Assembly: GCF_004010195.1 (NCBI RefSeq) | Contig: NC_057719.1 | Coordinates: forward strand, 46,200,021 to 46,264,020 | Length of the DNA stretch: 64,000 nt | Direction: 5' to 3' | DNA from: Chiloscyllium plagiosum | Lineage: Eukaryota | In this document: positions 27,801 to 39,425 of the stretch, in pieces | How the letters are laid out: every line of letters begins with the position of its first letter | Numbering within the stretch: position 1 is the stretch's first letter | Position numbers and translations under genes: made by a program | The notes under the pieces: generated by a model | The model's database searches: none | The model's input: only the letters and a program-made list of their open reading frames with translations | What the model was told of the DNA's origin: nothing

Positions 27801-29049
27801 ATTCATGCCTATATCCCGTAGTCTCAAAATTATCAGTTCTGTTCTGTTCACATATATCCAAAAACATTTCAAAAGAAGTGTGCATTGAACCAGAAGATGC
27901 ATTAATCTCAAAGTTTGAATTAAAAGAAGTATCGTTACTTAAGGAACATTGACTAAGTTAATTCAAGTCCTTCAACCACTGCCTCCAGGTGGGACAGGGA
28001 CATACACAATCTACGTTCCCACCCCCCTCCAAAGACAGTAATAACTCAGCATACTCCAGTACACAAAATACCATTAAGAAAGAAAATCTTGACTAAAACA
28101 TCCTGTTGAGTTTTGAAAATACAGGAAATGTATCAACTATAATGCTTCAAACAGATCAAATCATACTTTGCATAAATACTTTGCTAATATTACAAATGTT
28201 TCTCCATTTCATGGTGTACAGTAAACCTTTCATCATATGAATCTTGTTGACAGAATGTTCAATGAAACTACACAATGACAAAATAAATCACCTTCCAAGA
28301 GTCCTGCTGCAGATAGGGAATGAAACAATAAATGTCATGTGGTCCAGGGCAGTTGCTATGCAAACAAACAATCTAAAAGTAAAATAAAAAACTAAACTGG
28401 TTCCTTCAAGAGAACATTTATATGTTCCCAAATCAATATTTTTTTAATTCAGCAAACCAAATCTTAAACAAACTAATTATTATCCATAATTGTGACTAAT
28501 GAAAGGGATTAAGTGCAACAACTAGAACAAAGCACTCTGGATTTGTAAGCAACTAAAGAATCACTGCATGTTTCTTTATACTACCAATACTCAGACTTCT
28601 ATACTTTCAGGTACAGTACACTTTTCAGAGGTCCAGTGTAATCTTATACACACACACACACACGAAAGTGTGCTAAATTGACAGCAGAGTGAAATTCAGC
28701 ACTGGGCACAACGAGTCAGGACAGGATTTAACTCCAGAAGTTTTGAAGGCTCAACACAAGGGGCAGGTGTAAAGATATCCAAGACCTGTTAGAAGATGCC
28801 AAAGACTTCGTGACAAGATTAAAGATGCACAAAGAGATGGGAGAAAGTCATTTGTTAGATATTCTAGGATCTGGAAATCTAAATCAGGAAACATCTGGGT
28901 GATTCCTCAGGAGGTCATTAATTCTATTCAGGATAGCCATTTATGTGTCAATGCATGAAGCTGGAGGGCATTTCCTGCAGTTTTAGACAAAATGGGACCA
29001 AATAAAACAATTTTAACTTTAAATAGAAGAAAAAAGGGTAAGGATTTCA

Positions 29050-30010
29050 TTTTGCAAAAATATGCTTTATTCATAAATTATAAGTACATTACAAGCAGGT
29101 CAAGTTAGATATTATGAAAAATACAGTAAGCATTTCACATTCCTCATTTGAGGCATCTAAAAGTGCAAATACTCAATGCAAAAATAAACATGAGAACATT
29201 GACCAATACATACTATTTACATTTCAAATATAAACTATGAGGGATTCTCAAGATTAACAGACCTTTGAATTATCATGCCAGATAGAGTGTACATGGTGGG
29301 CTTTTCCCTGTGCCTTGACACTGACTGTCCCAAACATCAGTGTGCCCCTCAGCATGTAGTCCTAGATCTTGAAACATGCCACTCTGCAATACTCGGTGAC
29401 GTCCAGACCAAGAAGCATCTTCCATAAGAGATGTAGGGAACGATCCATACAGCACAGAGTACTGCAGTACAGAGTTGCTTCTACAAACTCCACTAAAAAC
29501 ACTGCAGCTCTCTCCAGACCTTCTTTGCAAAACCATATTCCACAAGTCTCTTCAGCAGCACAGCCGTCAAGAGCAGCATATGGTGGGGCAGAGAGAGTCC
29601 AAGTATACAAGAAAACTCTGATGAATAGTGCCCTTCTCACCACCAGCCAAGCTAAGTCCCTCTGCTTGTTGGAAAGTTTTGGTAATGAGGCGTTCTCCTC
29701 AAGATGTCAAGAATATCATAAGTCGACCACTGCCTGATGAACTTGTAATCAAAAATAACTTTTTCTATAAGGGAAAGATGATAATTGTATGGTCCAACAA
29801 CTTGGAGCGTTCTGCATCAATAAGGCCATCGCAATGCTTTGCATCACAGAACATTTGCAGAACACAGTAGGCAAAGGTCAAGTGTGTCACTAAAAGCCTC
29901 CACACAGCTTCTCCAGATAAGGTTTAAACTGGATTAAATCTTTGGTTCGATAGAGAGGAGGGCAGTATTTAACCCTGTGCTATACATTCATCCCTTTATT
30001 AAGTATCATA
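29050..30010 (-). mobile_element. Degenerate Tx1/L1-group non-LTR retrotransposon 3' part
   Basis: Minus-strand VRRALFIRVFL...DGCAAEET resembles the Cys-rich C-terminal region of Tx1-like ORF2; AATAAA-like signal (tttatt on plus) near 29066. Confidence 0.55.
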
Positions 30011-30608
30011 TGTCTGATTTATTGAAACAGTCATACAATCAGAAATAAGAATGCATTGTTTGGCCTATAGATCCATAATCATTTCCAGCCACAAATCCAT
30101 CCAGCTCAGAGTCAAACAGAACCTTGATGACTGGCTCAATGCCAAATTTGGTTTCTTCTCACAATCCAGTTCCATACAAGCCCCTCTGCAACATTGTCAG
30201 TCAGCTTTCAAACTCACCGCTTCTGCTCCCAAACTCTAGCCAGGATCTTCATCACTCAAGGTTCCAGTTTCCTGAGCATATCATGCACCGATTCCCACAT
30301 CTCCTATCAGCAGACCCTCTTTCAAAACTGATTCCCAGGGTTTCTGCATGCTGATTTAGAAATGGTCAAGTTTGAAATTTCTCAGCCTCACATTGCTACT
30401 TTTGTAGCTCTCTTCCTAGACCTCAATCCTGAATGCACTTTTCTCAATACCAGGCTTCTGTTTCCCTTTCCTCAGTCCCATGCATTGCTTTCAGTTCTCA
30501 ATGCTGGTCTTCAAAAAATCCACATAAAAGTGTGCTATTGTTCTGAATAACTGTGGCTCAAATCTGTAAAGGAAGGGATGATCAATAACAGGTTGCCAAG
30601 AACACTTA

Positions 30609-30745
30609 GGAGAAAGTGAGGACTGCAGATGCTGGAGATCAAGGCTTAAAAATGTTCCTGAAGAAGGGCTTATGCCCAAACCGTCGATTCTCCTGCTCCT
30701 TTGATGCTGCCTGACCTGCTGCGCTTTTCCAGCAACATATTTTTA
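30609..30745. mobile_element. PLE terminal mini-element (family A), inverted junction
   Basis: Perfect 15 bp direct repeat tgccaagaacactta at 30594-30608 and 30746-30760. Confidence 0.85.
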
Positions 30746-31546
30746 TGCCAAGAACACTTAAATGCTTCATTCTCGATAGAATTACATTAACTGAGCTGTC
30801 AGATGCAAATTATTCAAATGGAGTTGACACAAAAGGAACATCTGGAGTAAATAAAAACCTTTATGAGATATGTTTATGACAAAAAGAAAACAATGCCCCT
30901 CCATTTGTTTCAGAGACAAATGCATATGGCATTCCACTGAACTATAAAGGCTACAAATCTTGTAGGTTTGATCTTTGTTCTATACCAAATTACATTCAAT
31001 TTTTTAGTAGGGGAATTGCAAATGTCCCAAAAAGGAGCAAACAGTCTAGCTCCACTCATTTTTTAGTGATGTCTTGAATCAGGCTTCACAGGCCACACAG
31101 CCTGTTACACACAGCTTAGATTTGCAGGTGAAGGAGTGTCAGTGAACAGGGAAGCAGATGGCCCAGAGTATTGATAGAAACATACATCTTAGGCTGCAAT
31201 GACAACAAAAATTGCTGGAGATCAGTGGGTTAGGCAGTGTCCAGAGAGAAAGCAAGCTAAAAGTTGAGAGTCTAGATGGCTCTTCAGAGCTTCTAAGGCT
31301 GCGACTTCTATTGAAGCTGATAAAACAGATTTTTTAAAAATTGCCTTGCCCAATTAATTAGGCTAGTTGCTTTATTTACTTCAGATCCACCTAAAATATA
31401 AAGATAAAATTATTTCTCAATTTCCCCTTTGTGTCAATTGACACTCTACAAAAGGTAGTCCTGGCATATTTTATATTTACACTATGCAATCACCTTCCTT
31501 CCATTTGAACTGGAATCAGAATTGCCTCATTGCGGTTGCTCTATAG

Positions 31547-31855
31547 CAGGGGTGGGGAACCTGCGGCCTTCTAGGCCATTGTGTGGGGTCTTTTGAATGA
31601 ATCCAAATTTTGCAGAACAAATCTTTTATTAATTTTTTTTGTCCTTTATTATTTTTATTTTAATCTTAAAATGAATGTATTTAAAATACCAGAGAATAAA
31701 AGAAAATTCAATGAAATAATCCTCATAGACTGACCGCCACAATTTTAAAAATGTGAATTTTGAAGAATATATAATTGAAGTTTCTTGGATGTGGCCTTAT
31801 TAGATTACAACTAACATAATGCGGCCTTCCAACATGAAAAGGTTCCCCACCTCTG
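31547..31855. mobile_element. Non-autonomous hAT (Charlie-like) DNA transposon / MITE, 309 bp
   Basis: 16 bp TIRs CAGGGGTGGGGAACCT / AGGTTCCCCACCTCTG (1 mismatch); perfect 8 bp TSD ctctatag (31539-31546, 31856-31863); subterminal gcggcctt motifs. Confidence 0.92.
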
Positions 31856-32204
31856 CTCTATAGAATAAACTCATAAGAGTCTATAGATGTCTCATTTCTA
31901 TAAAACTGTACTAACTTGGTATATACTTATCTAAAACTTCATAATATAACCTCCTTCATGACTTTTTTTAATACTTAACTGAACATCAGGCTGGTTGTTC
32001 TTTATGGTCACCTGTACTAGCCTACAAGTGAACAATATTGTCAATAGTCTAATCCTATGGCACCACAAATTTTCAATTATTTCTCAAACATATCCAATAG
32101 AGAGAGTTCATGATTCTTAAGCAGAGTATGCAACTTATCCAAGTTATGCATTAATCTAAATTTGGCTCACATAATCTATTCAACTTCCCTTGGGATTATA
32201 AGAC

Positions 32205-32720
32205 TACAAGACATAGCAGAAATTATGGCATTCAGCCCATCAAGTCTGCTCCGCCATTCAATCACTGTTGATAAGTTTCTCAACCCCATTCTCGCACTTT
32301 CTTCCTGTAACCCTTGATTCTCAAGAACCTATCTTAAATATACTCAATGATCTGGCCTTCACAGCCTTCTGTGGCAATGAATTCCATAGATTCAGCACTC
32401 TCTGGCTGAAGAAGCTTCTCCTTATCTCTGTTCTAGAAGATCTTCCCTTTACTCTAAGGCTGTGCCCTCAGGTCCTAGTCTCTCCTACCAATGAAAACAT
32501 CTCCCCAACATTTACTCTGTCCAGGTCATTCAGTATTCTGTATGTTTCAATTAGATCCCTGCCTCATTCTTCTAAACTCCTTATTGTATAGACCTAGAAT
32601 CCTCAATCGTTCCTCATAGGCTTTTCATTCCTGGGACCACTGTCGTGAACCTCCTCTGAACACACTCCAAGGTTGTACATCCTTCCTGAGATATGGGACC
32701 CAAAACTGCTCACAATGATA
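32205..32720 (-). mobile_element. CR1 LINE 3' fragment (different subfamily)
   Basis: ggcattcagcccatcaagtctgctccgccattcaatca tail; gaattccatagattc (reverse complement reads NLWNS). Confidence 0.8.
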
Positions 32721-32769
32721 ACAATTCCAAATAGTTTTTTATTTCAGATCTGGAAATGCAACTTTTGCA

Positions 32770-33850
32770 TGAAGTATTCCATGTCAAGTAGTCATCGGCA
32801 ATCACTCACTAACGAGCATGACAGCCCACCGAGAGAATCCCATGTCACTGGTCATAGGTTCAATGGTTCTTTGCGCAGCTGATTAGCCCAATCTTACACC
32901 TGGAAACACGTGGCTGTAAGAACTGGTCCTTGGCTTTGAGAATGCTGGCATTCTCTTCTCGGATTCCATTTCTGTATTTGGTCTTGCCAACAGGTGTCCC
33001 TTCATACGGGCGCTTCTGCCAAGGGAGGCACTGTGGCTCAGTGGTTAGCACTGCTGCCTCATAGCGCCAGGGACCTGGGTTCGATTCCAGCCTTGGGCAA
33101 CTACCTGTGGGGAGTTTGCTCGTTCTCCTAATATCTGCGCGGGTTTCCTCCAGGTGCTCCAGTTCCCTCCCACAATCCAAAGATGTGCAGGTTAAGTGAA
33201 TTGGCCATGCTAATCTGCCGATAGTGTTCAGGGATGTGTAGGTTAGGTGCATTAGTTAGAGGTAAATGTAAAGTGGGATACTCTTTGGAGGGTCGATGTG
33301 GACTTGATGGGCTTACTGGCCTGTTTCCACACTGTAGGGATTCTGTGAAGTCAGTTCCTTCCAGAAGAGGGCTTCCCACACGTTGACATCTATGATCCAT
33401 TTCTTGAGGAAATACATCAGGGAGTCTTTGAAATGCTTCCTTTGTTCTCCTCTTGATCAAGTGCCTTCCTTGGACTGAGTGAAGATTTGCTTTGGTACTT
33501 GGAACCCAGGCATCCTAGGCAAGTTGGTTTTGGATGATCACAGCATTTATGCTGGTGCTATTGGTTCCTACAATGACACCAGATATTAATATGCCAGTCC
33601 TCACTGCTGATGTGTAAAACAACATCAATGGTAAGTCAAGTGCTCTGAAGTGGTGTCTATATGTGGTCCAAGTTTTGGAGTCATACTGAAGAGTTGGAAG
33701 GATCTTGATCGTAGCAGCATAGATGTCACAGCCATTGAAAAGCAGAGTTATCCACATACTGAAGTTCCATAAGTGATTGTGGTGTAGTTTTCTTCTTGGC
33801 TTTAGCCATCTGAAGATTGAAATGTTTTCTGCCTATACTGTTGACAGGAC
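32770..33850 (-). mobile_element. Degenerate RTE-clade LINE, interrupted by a SINE
   Basis: Minus-strand HFNL..KAKKKT....ELQYVDN (YADD region) and LPTLQYDSKTWTTYRHH (RTE LLYG.ETWT motif). Confidence 0.7.
33023..33343 (+). mobile_element. HE1-like SINE
   Basis: ggcactgtggctcagtggttagcactgctgcctca...ggcctgtttccacactgtagggattct. Confidence 0.9.
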
Positions 33851-34019
33851 TCTGAAGCTTGTTCTTCACAAGAAGAAGAACAAGAACAAGAACAAGAACA
33901 GTAGCAGTAAAAGATAGATGAAAGGTGGGAAGAGGGAGGGGAGGCACGATGAAGTATCCTTCTTAAACTCCTTGTCGAGTATTCTTTCCTATAAATTCTT
34001 CTTCCCAAAAATAAAGTTC

Positions 34020-34217
34020 TATATAGAGTCACACAACATGGGAAACAGACTCTCTTCGGTCCAGCCAGACCATCCCAAACTACACTAGTCCCACGTGCCT
34101 GCGCTTGGCCCACATCCCTCCAAACCTTTCCTATTCATATACTTATCCAAATGCCTTTTAAACGTTGTAACTATACCCGCATCCACCACTTCCTCTGAAA
34201 GTTTATTCTACACATGA
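34020..34217 (-). mobile_element. HER1/CR1 3' tail fragment
   Basis: tagagtcacacaacatgggaaacagac...cctccaaacctttcctattcat. Confidence 0.8.
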
Positions 34218-35039
34218 AGATCTGCATTTCACAAAATGCACCTGTCTAAAACCTTGGAGACATTATTGCATTCCAACCAATTTTCACAGTAAACTCAGCT
34301 TGAAATCACTATACTTTAAGTGCTCTACGCACACACTTTGCATTCACCATGTAGTCATTAAAACATATTCATCTCCAATAATTCACTTCAATCTAAACAG
34401 AACTGTACACATTTTAGCTACATAAGTATATGCTTACACTTAACCGGCTGATCTGTTGCATTATTGTCCTCAAATTGACATCTGACATCCAGTCTTCCAC
34501 ACAACCAACTTCTATTCTTTTCTAATTTTATTTATTATCACCCTTCTCAATCATTTACCCCTCTTTTTCCTCAAATATTTGCCACTGTATCTGTGGGCTT
34601 TATTGAGGAAACTGGTTCCAAGCAGTAAAACCAGGCAAAACTCATCATCTAATCGGTTTTCCTTGTTCCAAAATGCTTTATAACTTTGGGGGAAATTACA
34701 GTTTATTACATACATTCCTCAAGCACTGTTTGATACATCAACGGTTTTACGCTAACATAAGCAATGTTAAGCATTCCATTAAAAACGGCTTGCATTATTA
34801 CAGCACCTTTAAAATGGCTAAATATCCTAACGTAGTAATATGCCCAGAAGCAATGACTTATTAATCTACTTCTCAAGCACACATATCCATTCTTTATCAG
34901 GCTAATGGATCTTACATGAACCACAATTTTTGACTGTCCTCCCACTTAAACTCAGGAAACTTTTCACCAGCCCAAATGATTCTTTTTATCCTGGTGTCTG
35001 AAACAATCTGTACTTAACAAACCCTCTATTGTACACTTT

Positions 35040-35265
35040 GAGGAGAAAGTGAGGTCTGCTGATGCTGGAGATCAGAGCTGAAAATGTGTTGCTGGAAAAG
35101 CGCAGCAGGTCAGGCAGCATCCAGGGAACAGGAGCATCGACATTTCGGGCATAAGCCCTTCTTCAGGAATTCCTGAAGAAGGGCTTATGCCCGAAACGTC
35201 GATTCTCCTGTTCCCTGGATGCTGCCTGACCTGCTGCGCTTTTCCATCAACACATTTTCAGCTCT
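35040..35265. mobile_element. Palindromic PLE terminal mini-element (family A)
   Basis: 192 bp spacer-less palindrome 35074-35265 centred on ggaa|ttcc, 3 mismatches by eye; direct repeat ctctattgtacact at 35024-35037 and 35262-35275. Confidence 0.9.
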
Positions 35266-35482
35266 ATTGTACACTACCCATTAGGAGTGGACTGGGTCAG
35301 CTAAAAGAACACAGGACGAGAAAGACAGACAGACAGACAGACAGACAGAGAGATATGTTGGTTGACAGAATAGCACTCAAGAAATTTCCGAAATTCCAAG
35401 GTATGTATTGTGCCAGACTACCAACTAACTTTGTATAGTCTTATGAACGTTTTTGTTCCAAATGATCCTTTCTGTATACTGT

Positions 35483-35757
35483 ATCATAGAATCTCTACAG
35501 TGTGAAAGCAGGCTATTCAGCCCATTGAATCCATTCGAACCTCCGAACAGCATCCTATCCAGACCCAACTCCCTATCCTATGCCAGTAACCCTGCATTTT
35601 CCATGCTAATCCACCTGACCTGCACATTTTTGGACTGCAGGAGGAAACTGGAGCAAATTCACACAGACACAGGGAGAATGTCCAACTCCGCGCACAGTCA
35701 AATCTGGGTCCCTGGCTCTGTGAGGCAGCAGTGCTAACCACTGAACCACTGTGCCAC
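35483..35757 (-). mobile_element. HE1-like SINE
   Basis: Reverse-complement head gaggcagcagtgctaaccactga; core gacctgcacatttttggact. Confidence 0.85.
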
Positions 35758-36689
35758 CTGTACAAGTCTAGTCATTTAAACTGTCTTACATCATTATCAA
35801 ATGTTGCTTGGTGGTTATGCAAAATCTTTCCTCCTTGATCAAATTATTGTAGACCAACTCACATTATGGAAATGCATGTCGCAGAGAAATTTCCAAGTTC
35901 TGCACATTATATTAGTCAAATAGTCCTCAAACGCAATGACTCTTCTGAAGTGCTACATGAGCTCACTCATCTTGGACATTGGTTCTGGATAGCTCATCAT
36001 ACATGGCACAAAACAGACACGCTGTCGGAGTCTTCCATTATTACACGGAAAGCTGCACTGCTCATCTTTAAACCTTCTTGGATATGCATCTCCAATCCAG
36101 ATTATGTTAACAGCTCATTGTTTTTGTGCTGCTAAAACAAAGGTTAACTATTTCAATACAGACAGAACCTTTTAACATTACAGTCCTTCACAGAAGGTTA
36201 TTTGTGCCTGTTCTTTACAAATGCTTATCCATGATGGTCTTTTACATACTACAAGCACTCCTTAAGATAAAACAAAAAGGTTCTAAAAGTATAGTATACA
36301 CTGCTACTTATGAAGCCACTTTAAAGATCAATGTGTTTATTGTTATTCAAATTCACTTGTTTCTATTCCAAGTTTTGCAAAATAAAATCATTTGTAACCT
36401 AGCTTTAGAAAAATCCATTTATATATTAAAAAAAAAGAGGCAAATGAATGGTGAAGGAAGCCATTGTATTTGGACCCCACCACAAACTACATTCATTTCA
36501 CTTGCAGATTTGAAGCTGAACCAGATTGTTTACGGCATTGTGGTCATATCTAACCCAGAGATGACATTCTGACCGCATAACCTTGGCACTCGATGATCTA
36601 TTTTCATCTCCTTAATACTTCTCAACTTCTCACGTGCATCATCTCACTTGCTGCTGATAAAAATGGTCATGGTATTAGAACCTCTAGAC

Positions 36690-37170
36690 AATGACTGCTT
36701 CAACCAAATTGTGGCTGGTCTCCCACATACTACCTTCCAAAAAATGTAGGTTATCCATTCTGCCACCTGTGTCTGTACGTAAGCCATTGTGTTCATCCAT
36801 CACCCCTGTGAGCACTGATCTATGACAACACCCAGGCAAGCAATACCTCTATTTTAAAATTGCCATTATTTTAATTCTCTTTCTTGTTTTCAATCCATGG
36901 CCTCACCAACCTCCTCCAGCCCCACAACTTTCCAAGATACCTGCATTCATCTAATTCAGGTCTCTTGAGCATCCAATTTTAATTGCTCCCTCATTGATGC
37001 CCTTGCATCAACCGTCAAGGGCCAAGCTGTGGAATTGCCTCCTTCACTCACCTTCCTCAACTAAACCTTTGACCATCTGCCTTATGAGCTTGGTATCATA
37101 TTTTCCTTTCTACTACTCCTATGAAGAACCTTGGGACACCACATTGTCATGGCACTACATAAAAAGTGTT
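36690..37170 (+). mobile_element. Old L2-like LINE 3' remnant
   Basis: catccatcacccctgtg.gcactgatcta...ttttaaaatt resembles the L2 ITPVL..LHW..FKI region; degenerate. Confidence 0.5.
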
Positions 37171-37920
37171 GATATTTCAAGTAAGCTTCATTAGTTATGC
37201 TAACCATTAAAACAATACCACCTTCTGTTCAGAAAAACAATAGAAAAGTCTGTGGGAAGGAAAGATTGGTCAGAAGACTTCAATTAAAGCTCAGACAAAT
37301 TTCTGTTTCTTTTGAGAATTATACCTTGGAACACACACCATGGTAGAAAAATTAACATTGAAGAAAAAGACTGTGACTCTTTCAAACTCCTTGCCATGTA
37401 CCATTACAGTCATGACTAGAAAATATTAATTAAAATTTTATTTTTCTCCAGCCAGAGTTTTATCTTCTAGTGATTAAGTGCAGCCTCTGAAAGATATTCA
37501 CTGCTCCAATTCAAGCAAAATTAGTAATATTCATTTGCAAGCCTTCTACTAGTACTTTACAAGTTGCTATTCTTTATATTGGTGGATAGGGAGTCTCTGA
37601 TCCGATTTATGCAACATGACAGCATCAGACCTGAAACCATTGAACAAAGACGATTTTTTTTCGAACATATAAGGAATATCCAAGTGAAGCTCAACACAAC
37701 GCAGCCCCCGCAGCAGCTAGAGAGAAAAAAACTGGGGCTGAGCTTAACATTGTGAAATTTTCTCTCAGCAGAGCCAGCGCATCATTCGGTCGAAACTGGA
37801 AACCATACAAGGCATCGTGTAACCGCGATGTCGACAGCATTCATGCTGTTTTGTGTGTGGGGTGGGGGAAAGAATTGGCAAAAGTGGTGACGGCACACCC
37901 ATCAAAAATCAAGACTTTAC

Positions 37921-38077
37921 CCAGTTTCTCCACCAGCTTGAGCATCACTCCTCCTATATGCACCTCTCCGGTCACTCGGAGGGAAACATCGCGGTTCAGG
38001 TCGGTCACAAGAACATTTAGTTCCCACGTCCCATCAGCGTAACAGCCATCCGGCATTCGAATTCCGTCCAGTGCCAT
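37921..38077 (-). CDS. FERMT2: Kindlin-2 (fermitin family homolog 2), first coding exon, F0 domain N-terminus; partial CDS
   Basis: Translation MALDGIRMPDGCYADGTWELNVLVTDLNRDVSLRVTGEVHIGGVMLKLVEKL is nearly identical to the vertebrate kindlin-2 N-terminus as I recall it. The 157 coding nt end at a phase-1 donor (CTGG|gtaaag; GT at 37920-37919). Acceptor ccccag|GTGAAAGATG puts the exon start at 38084. Confidence 0.97.
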
Positions 38078-38798
38078 CTTTCACCTGGGGACAGTGAAAG
38101 AGTTAAATTAACTGGTTAGAACTAAACGATAACGTTACATAATCGGCTTTTGGAAGAAGCAATGTCATTAACTGAAATGGTGACAGCACAGCAAGAGACG
38201 CAGCAATACAGATCTTGCAGCCAATGCAGATTGAAAGCATTAACAGGCGTCAAAGTGAACACAAAGATCAAATCGAATTGAAGGTCTTTGCACGTACAAA
38301 GCAACTGCAAGGAGTGGGCCACGCATTTTCCGTTATAGGGCTTCAAATTACAGCTTGATACTCACGGCGGTGCTGCAAACCTGCTGAAATCGGTTTTACA
38401 CGCTATCATATAGATGTATCTTAAAAGTTGCACATTCTCGGGAACAAAACGAGGCTTCGCGATCCCTAACTGCTCAGACTGTGTGCGGCTAGAAACTAAC
38501 TACACTTCAAAAGGGCTGATTTACGACCGTGCAGCTCACAATCTGAAACGGATTAAAAAAGACACAGTCTACAGGATAAAAGAGATCAGCACGGGAAGGG
38601 GAGGGAAGAGAGAGAGAGAGATAGAAGGGGCTTCGAAGCCTATCCGCCCGACAATGCAAACCAAACCCCTGGGCGTCTCTTTCCCCTTCTCCCCCCAACC
38701 CCCAACCATCCTCCATCTGAAACCCCACCGTGTCAGACCCCTCCCCGTTTGTCACTCGATCCAGATGGTGGCGAGGGACAGCGCTTCCATACAAATTC

Positions 38799-38848
38799 AC
38801 CCCCCCCCCTCCTCCTCCTCCTCCTCCTCCTCCTCTCCCCCCCCCCCG
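38799..38848. repeat. poly-C/(CCT)n/poly-C tract
   Basis: ccccccccctcctcctcctcctcctcctcctcctctccccccccccg. Confidence 0.9.
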
Positions 38849-39074
38849 CCACCCGCCACCCTCACGACACACACACAAAACAAATAACAACAAAAAAATA
38901 GAAACAAACGAATTATTTAAAAATCTGCCCTCACCAGAGCGGAGCCGGACCAAAGTCCACCAAAAGCGAATATGCAGGCCGGGTTTCTAAAGTGTGGCGA
39001 GGGATTTAACTCGACAGCAACAGTTATAGACAGGGGGGGGGTAATAATCCGAAAATGTAAACATTAAAAATTAC

Positions 39075-39240
39075 CTCCGAAAGTAAATGTTGGTGACAGC
39101 CCAGCGATATCGGGTGGCGGGGGAGCGATGGAGGAATAGAGTTTTCCCACGGGCGCAGGGGTCCAAGCTGGCGGCCGTTGGCTGGACGGTTAATGGAGTC
39201 ACTCCTGGGGCGGGATTTCCCCCCCTCCCCCTGTCTCTCT
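39075..39240 (-). other. FERMT2: Candidate non-coding first exon (5' UTR) of FERMT2; 5' boundary uncertain
   Basis: Donor GGAG|gtaatt (GT at 39074-39073) in the GC-rich island core, no upstream ATG in the segment, about 1 kb upstream of the 38084 acceptor. Other plausible donors lie nearby. Confidence 0.5.
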
Positions 39241-39336
39241 CAGCGTCGCCGTAAACTTCAATCTCAGCCTGTGGCACTCACAGCCCGCTGTCCATGTCTG
39301 AGTGAGTGAGTGCCCAGGCACCAGGCAGCACCGCCC

Positions 39337-39425
39337 CTCCTCCTCCTCCTCCTCCTCCCTCGCGCGCTCTCTCTCTCTCTCTCTCCCTTTTTCCTTCTCT
39401 CTCTCCCTTTTTCCTTCCCTCCTCC
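39337..39425. repeat. (CCT)n/(CT)n polypyrimidine tract
   Basis: cctcctcctcctcc...ctctctctctctctcccttttccttctctctctccc. Confidence 0.9.

Noticed and set aside
1..37900. Next FERMT2 coding exon (expected DVKKDWSDHALWW...)
   Set aside because: Not found by eye or in the ORF track; probably left of the window. A tblastn with kindlin-2 would settle it.
37841..37920. C-terminal part of the 78 aa ORF (GKVLIFDG...)
   Set aside because: Read-through past the GT donor into the intron; kindlin similarity stops at VEKL.
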